Assembly (NCBI GenBank): GCA_014905635.1
Contig: CM026547.1
Coordinates: forward strand, 992,001 to 1,056,000
Direction: 5' to 3'
Length of the DNA stretch: 64,000 bases
DNA from: Scenedesmus sp. PABB004
Taxonomy: Eukaryota
Each line of letters begins with the position of its first letter. The first letter of the stretch is position 1. Made by a program: the position numbers and the translations under genes. Shown in pieces: positions 1-12,524 of the stretch. The notes beneath the pieces are model-generated. The model was not told the DNA's origin and did not search any database. It saw only the letters and a program-made list of their open reading frames with translations.

Positions 1-2061
1 CCGCCGCCCGCGCCCGCACCCGCGCCGGCGCCGCCCTGCGTGGCACGCCGCGCGTCAGCAGCGCGCTGGCGACGCTGCGCCCCCGCCGCGGCGCCCCCGC
101 CACCGGCCGCGCGCCGCGCGCCCGCCGCGCCCGCACCGCGCCGCCGCCCTGCGAGGTGAGGCCCATGGTCATGCGCATGAACTCGGGGTTTAGCATCATG
201 CGCAGCATCTCGGGGTTGGCCATCGCCTCGCGCACGCCGGGCATCGCCGACAGCATGCTGTTGAGCTGCGGGTTGCTGCCCGCAATCATGTCCATGACGC
301 CCTGCCAGGCCGCGGCGAGGATGCCCACGCGCCGCGCGCGCGCACGTGAGCGCTCGCGCCCGCGCGCCGCCGCCCGCGCGCCGCCCGCGGCGCCGCAGCG
401 GCCCGCGCTGCTGCGCCGCCGCGCTGCTGCGCCGCCGCGCCGCGAGCCGCGCGCACCGGCTGGCTCATCATCGCGACCATGCTCTCCCGCACGCTCGGGT
501 CCTCCAGCATGCGCGCCGTGAGCTCGCCCATGCCGCCGGGGCCGCCGAGGCCGGCGCCGCCCGGCGGCATCGCGCCGCCCAGCAGCGCCGAGAGGTCGGG
601 CAGCCCGCCGGCGCCGCCGGCGCCGCCGCCGCCGCCAGCGCTCGCCGCCGGCGCCGCCCAGGGGTTGGGCAGCGGCTGCGAGCCCGGCTGGTCCCCGCCG
701 CCGCCGCTGGTGCTGGTGCCGGTGCCCGCGGCCGCGGCGCCGCCCGCGCCGCCCGCGGCCGCGCCGCCGCCCGCCGCCTGCAGTAAGCTCGCGTAGGGGT
801 TGGCGGCCCCCGCGCCCGCGCCCGGCGCGGCGGCATTGAGCAGCGGCTCCTGCACGTTCTGGTATAGCTGGCGCAGCGCGTTGAAGCCGCCGGGCAGCGC
901 CTCGATGTTGCTGATCGCGCGGTCGTTGTTGCGCATGTACTCGCGCATCAGGTTCTGCACGCAGCGCGCCGCGCAGCGCCGCGCAGCACAGCGCGCCCAG
1001 CGCGCTCAGCGCGGCGGCGGGGCCGCTCCGCCCGGCGCGGCGCGGCGCGGCGCGGCGCGGCGCATGTGCGTGTGCGCTGCGGCAGCTCTGTCGCTCACTG
1101 GGTTTGAGATGAGGTTCATGCTGTCCCGCAGCAGCTCGGGGTTGTTCAGCAGCTGCGCCATCTGCGGGTCGCGGTCCATCAGCTGCGCGGGCGAGAGCGG
1201 GCGCGAGTGTCATCGCCAGGGGGGCGCGGCCGCCGCGCGCGGGCGGCGCGGCCGCGGCGGGCGCGCCGCACGTCTCGCAGCGCCGGGTTCATCTGCAGCA
1301 TGCTGCGCAGCATCTCCGGGTTGTTCAGCAGCTGCTGCATCAGCGGGCTCTGCATCATCTGCTGCATCGCTGCCGGGTCCATGAAGCCCTGCCGGGCGGC
1401 GGCGGCGGCCGCGGCAGCGGCGTGGGCGGCAGCCAGCCAGCCGGGCGCGCGCGCGGGGGCGCGCCGCTGCCGCCCGCCCCGCGCGGCGCCGCTGCGCGCC
1501 GGCGCGCGCTCACCCCGAGCGGGTGCGGCAGCGCGCCGGCGCCGCCGCCGGCGCCGCCTGCCGCCGCTGCTGCGGCGGGCGCCGGCGCGCCCGAGGCCGA
1601 GGCGCCGCCGGAGCTGCTGCTGCGGCGGGTGCGGCGGTGTGAGGGCGCGCGTGGCGCGCAGCAGCGGCGCCGCTGCTCTTTCGGCGCGCGGCGGCGCGCG
1701 GCGCGGCCCGCTGCGTCTGGCGCCCACCTCTGGCCGCCCGCGGAGGGCTTGCCGCGCACGAGGTGCAGCACGTGGTCGTTGGCGATACCTGCATGGACAG
1801 GTGCCGGCCTGAGAACGCCATCCCGGCCTCGCCGCGGCGCCGTGCGCGCGCCTGCTCACCGTAGCTCTCCACCGTGCGCTCGTCGCGCAGGATCTGGCCC
1901 TTGTAGATGAGGCGCTGGTCCTCCGCGGCGATGCCGCAGCCGGACGCGGCGAGGGCCTCCTTCACCTCGCGCACCGTCGCGCCCGGCTCCACGCTGCGCT
2001 CCAGTTTGTCCCCGCCCGCCGTGGGCTTCACCACTATGCGCAGGCTGCCGCCCTCGGCCAT
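1..2061 (-). CDS. DSK2: Ubiquilin/DSK2-like proteasome shuttle (UBL + STI1 repeats); multi-exon, 3' end lies outside the window
   Basis: N-terminal UBL ([17 protein letters not shown]...[22 protein letters not shown] / HVLHLVRG); STI1-like repeats ([60 protein letters not shown]). Confidence 0.93.
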
Positions 2062-2464
2062 CGGGCCGCGCGCCGGGCACCTGCGCTCGCGGATGCCGGC
2101 GCCCTGGCGCAAGCTCGAGGCGCACGGAGTCTGGACCGTGCGCTGTGGGGCCACAGGAGGTGAGCCGCGGGCAGGGCTGCTGGCCGCTGAGACTGGCAGC
2201 AGCGCAGGAGCCGGCCAGGCCTCGAGGCTCAGCCCGCACGCGCCCGGTGCTCCCGCGCAACTCCGAGTCAGGCCGGCCGGACCGCAGCCAGAGCGCCCGC
2301 GACAGCGCTGCGGCGCGCACTGCGGCGAGCCGGCGCGCGTTCGCACAGCGCGCGCCGCCTCACCAACGCGCGCCGCACCCGCGCCGCCGGCGCGCCCCCG
2401 GCCGCGGCGGCGCCCGCACCGCGTGCGCCAGCGCGGGGTGGGCGCCCCGGGCGCGCGCGGCAGC

Positions 2465-5400
2465 ATGCCGGGCCTGGAGAGCCTCGCGGCGGCGATCGCA
2501 CGCGTGACCGCGCTGCAGAGCTACGCGGGCTACAAGGACCGCGAGGCGCACCTGGCCTGCGTCGTCCTGGAGTGCAGCCTCCCCCGCGCCACGCGCGGCA
2601 CGGGTGCGAGGCGGGCGCGGCGGGCTGCCTGCACGGCAGCAGCAGCCCGCGCAGCGGCAGCAGCGGCAGCAGCGGCCCGCGCGGCGGCAGCAGCGGCCTG
2701 CGCGGCGGCAGCAGCGGCCTGCGCGGCGGCAGCAGCGGCCTGCACGGCAGCGGCGGCAGCAGCGACACGTGGCGGCGCGCCGAGGGCGCGCCGCCGCCGC
2801 GCCGCCGTGCTGCCGCGCAGACTCGGTGGTCAACATGCAGCTCGCCGACGAGTCCATGCGCAACGCGGAGACGGGGCAGCTGGACAGCATCGAGCTCATC
2901 ATCTTTGCGCGCACGCCCGACAGCATGCCCGCCGCGGCGCCGGGGGACGTGATGGAGCTGCGGCACGTCGTGGTGCGCGGCGGGGCGGGGCGCCGCGCCG
3001 CGCGCGGGCCCGGCGGCGGCGCCGGCGCCAGCAGCTGTGCAAGCCGGCCGGCGGCGGCCGGCCCCCGGCGCACGCTGCCGCCGCCGCCGCCGCTCGCAGG
3101 TGCAGTTCTGGGAGCCGCCCGGCGGCGGCGCGCGGCGGCCGCAGCTGTTTGGCAAGATGAGCCGGGCGCACCCCTTTGCCTTCCTGCTCTATCGCGGCAC
3201 GCCGCCGCCGCCCCTGCCGGCGCTGCCCGACCCCGAGGCCGCGGCGGCCGCCGCGGCCGCGGGCGAGGCGCCGCCGCCCGCGGCGCCGGCGCGCGAGCAG
3301 CCGTACCAGGCGTACAACGCGGGGGCCTTTGGCGGCGACGGCATCGGAGCCGCGCTCGCGCGGCTGCGCGCGTTCGCGGCGACGGTCCTCACGCCCGGCA
3401 GCAGCGTGCCCGGTGCGCCGCGCCGCGGCGCGGCCCGCCCGCAGCCGCAGCCGCAGCCGCAGGCGCCCGCGCGCACGAGCGCGCGGCGCCCGCCGCTGCC
3501 GCCGCCGCGCCGCGCAGAGCCCAACACCACCTACCTCCGCCGCATTGCCGACCTGGACCCGCTCACGACCCCGGGCGAGCGCCCCGAGTGCGTCGACATG
3601 CGCGTGCAGGTGCGGCGGCGGCGGCGGCGGCTGTGCGCGGCCGCGCGGCTTGGGCGAGGCGCCGACGGCGTCCAGCGCGCCGCGCGGCGCCGCGCAGGTT
3701 CTGGCCATCGACCGGCGCGGCGAGGACGAGCTGGTGCTGTTTGTGTGGGACGCGACCGACGCCCGGCCGCTGCCGTCAGAGTGAGCGCCGCCCGCGCGCG
3801 CACGCGAGCCAGCGGGCGGGCCCTGCGCCGGCGGCGGCGGCGCGGCGCCGGCGCTCACGCGGCCCCGGGCCGGCCCTGCCGCACCCCGCCGCAGCCTGGC
3901 CGTGCTGCCCTGCCAGATGAAGGGCGTGGAGATCAGCCTCGCGCGCCGCCAGCGCCGCGCCATGCCGCTCGCCCCGCAGCCGGGCGTGGAGGTGCGCGCA
4001 TGCGCGCGCGCGCGCGCGCCGCGCGCCGGCCGCGCCGGCCGGCGAGCGCCCGCCGCCCGCCGCGCGCCGCCCCACAGGTGCTGTGCCCGCTGCCGCCGCT
4101 GGGCAGCGCCGTGCCGGTGGTCATGGAGGCGAGCGCGGTGCCGCGCCTGCGCATGCCCGCGGTCGGCAACTGGGTGAAGCTCAAGGTGGTCGGCCTGGCG
4201 ACGGTCAAGGGGCAGCTGCAGGTGGTGTTTGGCCGCACCAGCCGCCTCACGTACACGCAGCCGCACGACGGCTTCGCCGACTGGTACGCGGCGCGCCTCG
4301 CGTCCAACGCGACGAGCCAGTGGGCGCGGCGCGCCGGCGGCCTCGCGACGCGCTGCGCGCGGCAGGAGCTCGCGCCCATCACGCTGCGCCAGCTGCACCT
4401 CGCGGCGGCGGAGCGGCAGCCGGGGCCGTTCCGGGTGCAGCTGCGCCTCATCGGCTATTTGCCCCGCGACCTGGCGCAGTGGTGCCAGCTCGTGCAGCGC
4501 AAGCCGCCCGCGGCGCCGGCCGGCGCGGGCGGCGGCGAGGCGCCGCCGCCGCCGCCGGCGCAGTGGGAGTGGGAGTGGGCGGCCCACCTGCTGCTGGAGG
4601 ACGCCACGGGCGAGGCGCGCGCGCTGCTGCTCGGCGCCGAGGCGACGCGCCTGCTCGGCCTGCCACCGCACGACCTCGGCGCCCACGCGGACGACGTGGA
4701 GCAGCTCCGGCAGCGCCTGGCCGCGCTCAGCGCGGTGGACGATGACGGCGGCGTGTGGCTCGACACCGCCGTCACGCCGCTCTACCCCAAACCCTCGGCG
4801 CGCGAGCAGCGGCCCGCGCGCACGGAGCGCCCGCCGGCGCAGGCGGAGCCGCACGCGCAGCAGCGTGAGCAGCCGGCGGGGGACGAGCGGCCGCCGTCGC
4901 CGGCGGAGCAGCCGCCGGCGCAGGAGCAGCAGGAGCAGGAGCAGCAGCCGGTACTGGAGCCGGCACTGGAGCAGCCGCCGGCGCAGCCGCCTGCGCCCAC
5001 ATCTCAGCGCGAGGAGCTGCCTGGCGACGAGGCACCTCCAATGCGGCCGCCGCCGCCTCCGTCGCAGCTGCAGCCGAAACAGCCACAGCAGCCGCAGCAG
5101 CCTCAGCAGCCGCAGCAGCCGCAGCAGCCTCAGCAGCAGGCGCAGCAGCCTCAGCGGCCGCAGGAGGTGCCGCAGCAGGCGCAGCAGGCGCAGCAGGCGC
5201 AGCAGCAGCAGGCGCCAGGCGAGGTGCCGCCCGGCTCGCTGCCGGCCGGCCCGCCGCAGCACTGCCTGTTTGTGCTGCACGACGCCGTGTGCGAGCACAT
5301 GCTGCAGGCGGCGGAGGCGGAGGCGGCCGCGGCCGCGCCTGCGCGTGGCGCCGGAGCCGGCGGCGAGGGTCGCAGCCCCAAGCGCCGGCGCAGTCGCACG

Positions 5401-5475
5401 CCGCAGGCGGCGCAGCCGGCGGCGGCGGCGCAGGCGGCGGCGGCGGCGCAGCAGGCGGCGCTGGCGTTCATGTGA
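2465..5475 (+). CDS. POT1: Protection of telomeres 1 (OB-fold single-stranded telomere-binding protein); multi-exon
   Basis: OB1-like CVVLECSLPRATRGT/DSVVNMQLADES...IIFARTPDSMPAAAPGDVMELRHV; OB2-like LVLFVWDATDARPLP and RMPAVGNWVKLK; C-terminal FRVQLRLIGYLP...LLLEDATGEARALL. All resemble plant POT1. Confidence 0.8.
2630..2765 (+). repeat. ~21-bp minisatellite (GCAGCAGCGGCCTGCGCGGCG-like) in POT1 intron 1
   Basis: Several near-identical tandem units visible. Confidence 0.7.
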
Positions 5476-5667
5476 CGTGCGTGCTGCGAGAGTTGGGCGG
5501 TTGCGCGCGGGGTTGAACGTGCCTGTGCCCTGTGCCGTGCCGCCGCGGCGGCGCAAGCCCGCGCACGGCTCAGAGTTTGGCTGATCGCCTGAGCTGTCGG
5601 CCCGCGCGACCTGCAGGCCGCCAGCAGCCCCGCGCGGTCTCCCCCAGTCGCTGCTGCTGCTGCTGCC

Positions 5668-7689
5668 ATGAGCCGGCCCACGGACCACCTGGCGCCGTCG
5701 GGAAAGCGGCGGCCAGGCGATCAGCTCACCAAGGACAACGCGGACGATGACGAGGAGGAGGAGGGGCCGGTGCGCGTTGTGGTGATGCCGGCGTTGTGGT
5801 GGTGGTGCCGGCGCGCGCTGCCGGGGCCGCGCCGCGCCCACGCGCCCTCGCGCGCCGCCGCGGCCGCAGGGTCCGGATCTCGGCACCTGGGGCAAGGCGG
5901 ACGGCGCCACCATGGCGCGCCGCAAGGTCGTGCGCGTGCGGCGGGGCGGGGCAGCAGCAGAGGCCCCGCCCGCGGCCGAGCCCGGCGCGGCCGGCGAAAA
6001 CCCCTTCGCGGGAGTGACCCTGGCGGCCGCAGGGACGGCCCCCAATCCCTTCGCCGGCGTCTCGCTGACCGCGCTGGCGCAGGTGCGCCGCGGGCGCCGC
6101 CGCACGACGGCGCGCCGCCGCTGCCGCAACCGCCGCAACCGCACGCTGCCGCCGCGCGGCTGCCGCCGATGCGCAGAAGAAGGAGGCGCCCGCGGACGAC
6201 GCCGGGGGCGCCGCGGCACCCGCAGACGGCGCCGGCAAGGAGGCGGCTGCAGGCGCAGTGGCCGAGCCGACCGCCGCGGCGGAGGACGCGCCGCCGGCAG
6301 CGGCGGCGCCGCCCACCGACCAGCAGGCGCGGCGCGCGGCGCGCGGGGCTGTCGCAGCGCAGCACCGCACCCGCGCCCGCGCCCGCCCACCCGCCCGCCC
6401 GCGCCCGCGCGCCCGCAGGAAGCGGCTGCTAAGCAGGCGGCGGGCGCGGCGGCAGCTGACGAGCTGGCGGGCGACAAGGCGGCGGGCGACAAGCCGGCTG
6501 GCGCCTCTGCCGGGGGCGGCGCCCTCTTCGGCGGCGCCGCCGGCTTTGGCGGCTTTGGCGGCGGCGGCGGCTTTGGCAGCCTCGGGGGCGGCTTTGGCGG
6601 CTTTGCGGCGGCCGCCAAAGGTGCGTGCCCGCAGCAGCCGCGGCCGCGCCGCGCTGCGCGCGCCCGCCGTGGCCGCTCACGCCCCGCCGCCCGGTCGCAG
6701 ACGCGCCCGCCGGCGGCAGCCTGTTTGGCAGCTTCACCGCGCCGCAGCCGGGCAGCCTCTTTGCGCCGTCACTCGCGTTTGGCGGCGGCCGGCCCTCCAA
6801 GGACGGCGGCGCCGCGGACGACAAGGCGGACGACGCGGGCGAGGGCGAGGGCGAGGGCGGCGAGGGCAACGGCGACGGCGACGCGGTTTTTGGTGGCCCC
6901 GAGATCGCGCCCGTGGTGAAGCTGAGCGAGGTGCCGAAGCAGACGGGCGAGGAGGAGGACGAGGCGCTGTTTGCAGGTGCGCAGGGCGCCGCGGGAGCGG
7001 CAGGCGGGCGGGGGCGCGAGCAGCGAGGGAGGACGGCGGCGGCGGCGGCGGCGGCGGCGCGCGCGCGCGCCGACCCGCTGTCGCCGCCCCCGCCCGCGCG
7101 CCAGCCGACGGCTCGCTGTTTGAGTTTGTCAACGGCAAGGAGTGGCGGGAGCGGGGCAAGGGCGAGCTGCGCATCAACATCAACAAGGCCACCCACCAGG
7201 CGCGCGGCCGCGCGCCCGCCGCGGCGCGCCCGGCCGCGTGGCGCGCTCGCTCACGCGGCCGCCGCGCGCCCCGCCGCGCGCCCCGCCGCGCGCCCCGCCG
7301 CGCGCCGCCCGGCGGCGCAGGCGCGGCTGGTGATGCGGCAGCGCGGCAGCCAGCGGCTGCTGCTCAACGCCAACCTCTACGCCACGATGGCCACGAGCAA
7401 GATGGTCGGCGGCAAGGGCGTGACCTTTGCCGCGGTCAACGCCGCGCCGCAGGCGGGCGGCGAGGCGGGCAAGGACGGCGAGCCCGGCGCCGGCGCGGCG
7501 CCCGCGCCGGCCGAGGCTGCCGGCGGCGCGATGCGGACGTACGCGCTGAAGGTCAAGTCGGCGGACAAGATCGACGCGTTTGTCGCCACCGTCACGGCGC
7601 ACCGCGACGCGGACAAGAACAAGGAGGCCGCGGCCGCGCGCGCCGGCGACGCGGGCGCGGGCGCGGCCGCGGGCGAGGCGGCGGTGTAG
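5668..7689 (+). CDS. NUP50: Nucleoporin NUP50-like (NUP50 N-terminus, FG-like repeats, RanBP1 domain); multi-exon
   Basis: KRRPGDQLTKDN...ARRKVVRVRR N-terminus; NPFAGV and FGGF repeats; RanBD motifs TGEEEDEALF, KEWRERGKGELRIN, ARLVMRQRGSQRLLLNANL. Confidence 0.88.
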
Positions 7690-7772
7690 GCGCCGGCGCG
7701 GCGGCGGCGCGCCGGCCGCGGCCGGGCCGCCTGCAACGCCACCGATGCCCGCGCGCGCGCGCCGCCGCCGGC

Positions 7773-8135
7773 GCGGCCAGCGCGCCCCACCACGGCGGCA
7801 GCAGCGGCGCGCGCTGGCGGCGATGGCATCCAGGCCTCCTCTGCCCTCGCCGAGCGCGGCGCGGCCTCCGCGCGCATCGCCGGCCCGGCCCGACGCCGCT
7901 GCGGCGGCAGCGGGCGTTTATACGTAATCGAGCGCGCGCCGCCCTCGCCGCCACGGGGCGCGCCGCCTGGCCCAGCCCACCGCCACGCCGCGGGCGGCGC
8001 ACCGCCGCGCAGGCGCCGGGCGGGGGCGCACGCCGGGGCGCGGGGAGCCGGCCGGCCACATGACGAGCGGCGCGACCCGCCGCCGGCGCGCATGGCGCGC
8101 GCCCCGCGCCCGCCCGGCCTTCCTGAACTGCGGCG
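7773..8135 (+). repeat. Left arm of a ~360-bp long inverted repeat (partner 12170-12524); overlaps the probable promoter/5'UTR of the KH gene
   Basis: Near-perfect reverse-complement match, e.g. GGGCGTTTATACGTAATCGAGC vs GCTCGATTACGTATAAACGCCC and CCTTCCTGAACTGCGGCG vs CGCCGCAGTTCAGGAAGG. Confidence 0.95.
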
Positions 8136-8183
8136 CGCAGCACTGCTTGGGCCCCCGCATGCGCTGAAGTCTCCACCAGCAGC

Positions 8184-10169
8184 ATGGCCCAGCCCGGCAC
8201 CGCCGCGCCGGCGAGCACGCTGAAGCGGCAGACGGCCACGGTGGACTGCCCCAAGTCCATGGTGGGCCGCGTGATCGGCAAGAGCGGCGAGACGATCAAG
8301 GCGCTTCAGACTTACACCGGCGCGCTCATCCAGATCGACCAGACGGTCGAGCCGACGAGTGAGGGGCCCGGGGGGCCCGGGGGGCAGGCCTGGGGCGGGC
8401 GGCGGGGCCGCCTGGCGGCCGGGCGGGGCGGGCGGGCGCCGCATCAACGCCCGGCGCCCCCTACGCTCGCGGGCCGGCCCTCCTCCCGCCCTGGGCGCGC
8501 GCCCCGGGCGGCCCCGCATCGGGCCCTGGCCGCACGAGGGGCCCGCGGCCACGGTCCGCGCGCGGGCGGGGCGCGGGGCGCCATCTGACGCCCCCACGCG
8601 CGCCACGCGCCGCGCAGAGGTCACCATCTCCGGCACGCCCCACAGCCTGAGCCTGGCGGTCTCCATGGTGACAGACATCGTCAAGGGGACGTTCAAGGGC
8701 TTCGCGCTGCTGCGCCAGATAACCAACCCCGGCGGGGGCCGGGGCGGGCCGCTGGCCAACCCCATGTCCCAGCCGCGCCCCGTGTACGCGCCCGGGTACG
8801 GCCTCATCCCGCCCAGCCAGGTGCGGGCGCGAGCCGCGCGGCCCACGCGCGCCGGGAGGGCCCGGGGCACGGCGCGCCTTCGTACGCCAGCGCCGGCGCG
8901 GGCGGGGCGCCCGAGGGCGCTGCGGGCTGGCCGTCCGGTGGCGCGGAGGCCCGGGCGCGGCGTGGCGTGCTGAGGGGGCGCCGGCGGCTGCGGCGGCGGC
9001 GGCGGCAGCAGCGGCAGCGCAGCGGGGCGCACGCATGCGCGCCGGGACGCCCGCTGACGAGCGCCCGCGCCGCGCGTCCGCGCAGCTGTACGGCGCCGAC
9101 GAGCGCACCGCGGGCGTGGTGCCGGTCAACTACGCGGGCCGCAGCGCGCAGGCGGTGGGCTGGCCGGGGCAGGTCACGCCGTCGCAGATGATCCTGGTGA
9201 GCCGCGGGGGCGGGGGGCCCTGGCGCAGGGCCGGCGCCGCGCAGGGACCGGCGCGGCGCGCGCCCGCGGCGCCCCGCGCTCACTGCCCCCGCGCGCGCCC
9301 GCCCGCCGCGCGCGCCCGCCCGCCGCGCGCGCCGCGCCCACGCAGAACATGCCGCCGACGGGTGAGGCCTCGCGCGGCCGGGCGGAGCGCCGGCAGGCGG
9401 CGGGCGCGAGGCGGCGCCGGCGCCGCGCCCGGCCCAGCGCGAGCGGCCGGCGTCGCTGGCCAGGCGCGCGCTGCGGCGCCCGCGCAAACGCCCGCGCCCG
9501 CGCGCGGCCGCCCACGCGCCCGCAGGCGACGAGGCCGCGATGATGGCGCCCATGCAGGGCTACGCCGGCGGCATGGCGCCCGTGGCCTACGCGTACCCGC
9601 CGGAGTACGCCATGCAGGGTGCGCGGCGCGGGCGCACGCCGCGCGCGGAGGAGGAGCCCGGCGCGCGGAGGAGTTCTTAGGCAGGCCGCTGCGGCGCCGG
9701 CGGCGGGGGCGCGCGCCCGACACCCGCCCCCCGCGCCGCCGCCGCCGCGGCGCAGGCATGATGCAGGCGCCGGAGGTGATGTACGGCGACCCCAGCGGCA
9801 TGATGGGCGGCGGGCTCGGCGCGCAGGCGCGGCTCTACCACGCGGCCGCGCCCAAGGCGGTGGTGCAGCAGCAGCGGCCCAACGGCCCCGTCAAGAGCGG
9901 CAGCGCGGGCGACATCGCCGGCGACATGATGGCCGGCGGCGCGCCGCTGCAGGGCGGCAACTGGGTCCAGGTGCGCGGAGGCAGCGGCGGCGCGCGGCGC
10001 GCGGCGCGCGGCGGCGCTGCTCGTGCTGCCGGCGCTGCCCGTGCTGCCGGCGCGGCTCGTGCTGCCGGGTCTCATCTCACGCTCGCTGTGGCGTGCCTCT
10101 CGTCGCGCGCACGCGCAGGTGATGGACCCCGAGGGCAAGGTCTACTACCTGCCCCAGGCCCAGCAGTAG
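8184..10169 (+). CDS. KH-domain RNA-binding protein with low-complexity Met/Gly/Tyr region and a WW-like C-terminal motif; multi-exon
   Basis: KH GxxG motif in CPKSMVGRVIGKSGETIKALQTYTGALIQID/VTISG; terminal GGNWVQ/VMDPEGKVYYLPQAQQ*. Confidence 0.85.
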
Positions 10170-12139
10170 CGCAGCGGCAGCAGCAGCAGCAGCGCAGCAG
10201 CAGCCGGCAGCAGCCGGCAGCAGCGGCGCCGTCGCTGCCGTCGCCGCGCGCGCAGGGGGCTCGCTGGACTGCACTGGGCTCTTGTGGGCAGCACCGCATC
10301 GCTAACCATGAGAGCGCGGGGCTTTGGGCAAACACCGGGGCCGGGCTGGCGGGACGGCGGCGCACGCTGCGTGCGGCGGGGGCACCTGCCTGCCCCGCGG
10401 CCTGCGTACCCCGCTGCCCTGGGGGGAGTCGGCTGAGGGTGGCGCGTGCCGGGAGCTGTGGGCTCAGGGCAGCTGTCGCTGCGCGCAGCCGGCGCGCTGC
10501 AGGTCGCTTGCTGCAGGCGGCACGCTGCCGCACGGCGCGTGGCCACGTTTGTGCGTGGCCCCGAGTGCGGCCCCGCAGCCTGCTTGGCCTGCAGGCCGCG
10601 GGGCGGGCGCCGCACATCACGCGTCGGCGCGCCCAGCGCTGCTGCAGGTAGCTGTCGCGCGCCAACGCAAGAGCTCGAGGGAGGAGCTCTGGATGCGCCG
10701 CACATCAGAGACCTCTTTGGTTATGGTGGCAGCTGCCCTGCACTCTGTCGTCGCTTGCAGCACGGCAAGCCGTCGTTTGCCGGCGCGCGCCGCCGTCGTG
10801 GCGAGCAGCAGCGGCTGGCGATGCACGCACAACACCACACCACACCGTCACACTGGGCGAGCAGAGCAACGTGCGCCCGGGCGCCGCATGGCCCCTGTTG
10901 TTGATGGCCGCACTGCGTTGCGGCGCGGCGGGTGCGCCCTGGGGCTTGCGGGCGTGTGCGCGCGCTTCCTGCCGTGCAGATCCGTCGGCGCGGGCCCCGT
11001 CGAGGGGCGCGAGTGCCTGTCTGTCTCAAGCAGCGAGCGCGGCTGTGTGTCGGCCCCCCAACCCCCCAGGGACGCGCGCGCGCGCCTGCTCGCGCGCGCG
11101 GATCAGACCACGCCGCCGGCACTGCCATTCTGGGCCATCTGGACCGCTGCGGCGACCGGCTGGGCCCGCCGCGCACTTGTGCTGCGGCCACGCTGCTCCA
11201 GCGGCACACAGCGGCGCGCGGGACGGGCGGCGGCGGCGCGTCGCGCGCCCCGCGTGCGCCGCCGCCGCCGCCCCCGCCGCCGCGCGCGGCCCGAGGGCGC
11301 CTCTGTTTACTCTCGCGCGCGCTGCTGGGGGTCTGCGCTGGGGATGCCATCCGCTCGTCGCGCTCTCGCTCACACACACACACAACGCATGCCGCGGGCA
11401 GGCGCTGTGTGTGCCCCGGGCTTGGTTGCTGCTTGCTTAGCTGGGTAGGCCCGGGGGATGCTGCGGCGCTTCGCTCGCGCCGCCAACGTTTGGCGGCCTC
11501 GCCGCATGGCACGCGTGTGCGCGCGGACCGGCCACGACGACGACCACGCGCCCGCCCGCACCCAGAAAGCGGCGGCGGGCGCCGTGCAACGCCGAGGAGG
11601 AGCGGCGGCGGCGCCGCCCGCGGGCGGCGCTGCCTGCCTGCTTGCTTGCCACACTCAAATGGGGGAGCACCGCCCTGCGCGCGCGCCGCCGCGCGCCGCT
11701 CCCTGCACCTGCCGCTTTATGCACGTTTTGCCGGCAAGCCACAACCGGGGGGCGCGCTGCTGCTACTGGTGCTGCTGCCGCGCGCACACAGGGACTGCTC
11801 GCTCGCCGCCCTGCCACCACCGACATCCCTGTGGCGCGCCGACGGGACGTCAGGGTCTGCCGCCGGGCGGGCATATGATGATGATGATGATCAAAAGCGG
11901 GCACCGCTGCACAATGGACCGCATGCAGAGCTGTGTTGTTGTTGATCGATGACGACGACTACTGGGCCGCAGCAGGGGCGGGGCGGGCCTTGAGCAATGC
12001 CGAAGGTTGCACGCCCACTTTGTTCGGTGCGCTGCTGCTCGACACCAAATGCTGACCGCAACACCACATCCATAAATCTGCAACCCCCCGGGATCGGCCC
12101 AGCGACTGCCGCCGCTACGTCTACGTCTGTCTGTCTGTC

Positions 12140-12144
12140 TGTAA
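12140..12144 (+). terminator. TGTAA chlorophyte polyadenylation signal, probably for the KH gene
   Basis: TGTAA after a (TCTG)n tract, about 2 kb past the KH stop and just inside the right inverted-repeat arm boundary. Confidence 0.5.
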
Positions 12145-12169
12145 CCGGCTGACACGCGGTGCCGCGCGC

Positions 12170-12524
12170 CGCCGCAGTTCAGGAAGGCCGGCCGCGGCGC
12201 GGGGCGCGCGCCATGCGCGCCGGCGGCGGGTCGCGCCGCTCGTCATGTGGCCGGCCGGCTCCCCGCGCCCCGGCGTGCGCCCCCGCCCGGCGCCTGCGCG
12301 GCGGTGCGCCACCCGCGGCGTGGCGGTGGGCTGGGCCAGGCGGCGCGCCCCGTGGCGGCGAGGGCGGCGCGCGCTCGATTACGTATAAACGCCCGCTGCC
12401 GCCGCAGCGGCGTCGGGCCGGCGATGCGCGCGGAGGCCGCGCCGCGCTCGGCGAGGGCAGAGGAGGCGGGGCGGCCATCGCCGCCGCGCGCCGCTGCTGC
12501 CGCCGTGGTGGGCGCGCTGGCCGC
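12170..12524 (-). repeat. Right arm of the ~360-bp long inverted repeat (partner 7773-8135)
   Basis: Reverse complement of 7773-8135 with a few small indels and substitutions. Confidence 0.95.

Noticed and set aside
2899..6618. 1239-aa minus-strand ORF and many similar long Arg/Ala/Pro-rich ORFs
   Set aside because: Shadow frames caused by stop-codon scarcity at very high GC. They are antisense to POT1/NUP50 and have no domain motifs
11870..12060. Possible C/D-box snoRNA (ATGATGA ... CTGA)
   Set aside because: The C-box-like text is part of an (ATG)n microsatellite; no terminal stem or recognisable rRNA guide
7773..12524. Autonomous DNA transposon
   Set aside because: No transposase motifs inside and no clear target-site duplication; kept only as an inverted-repeat finding
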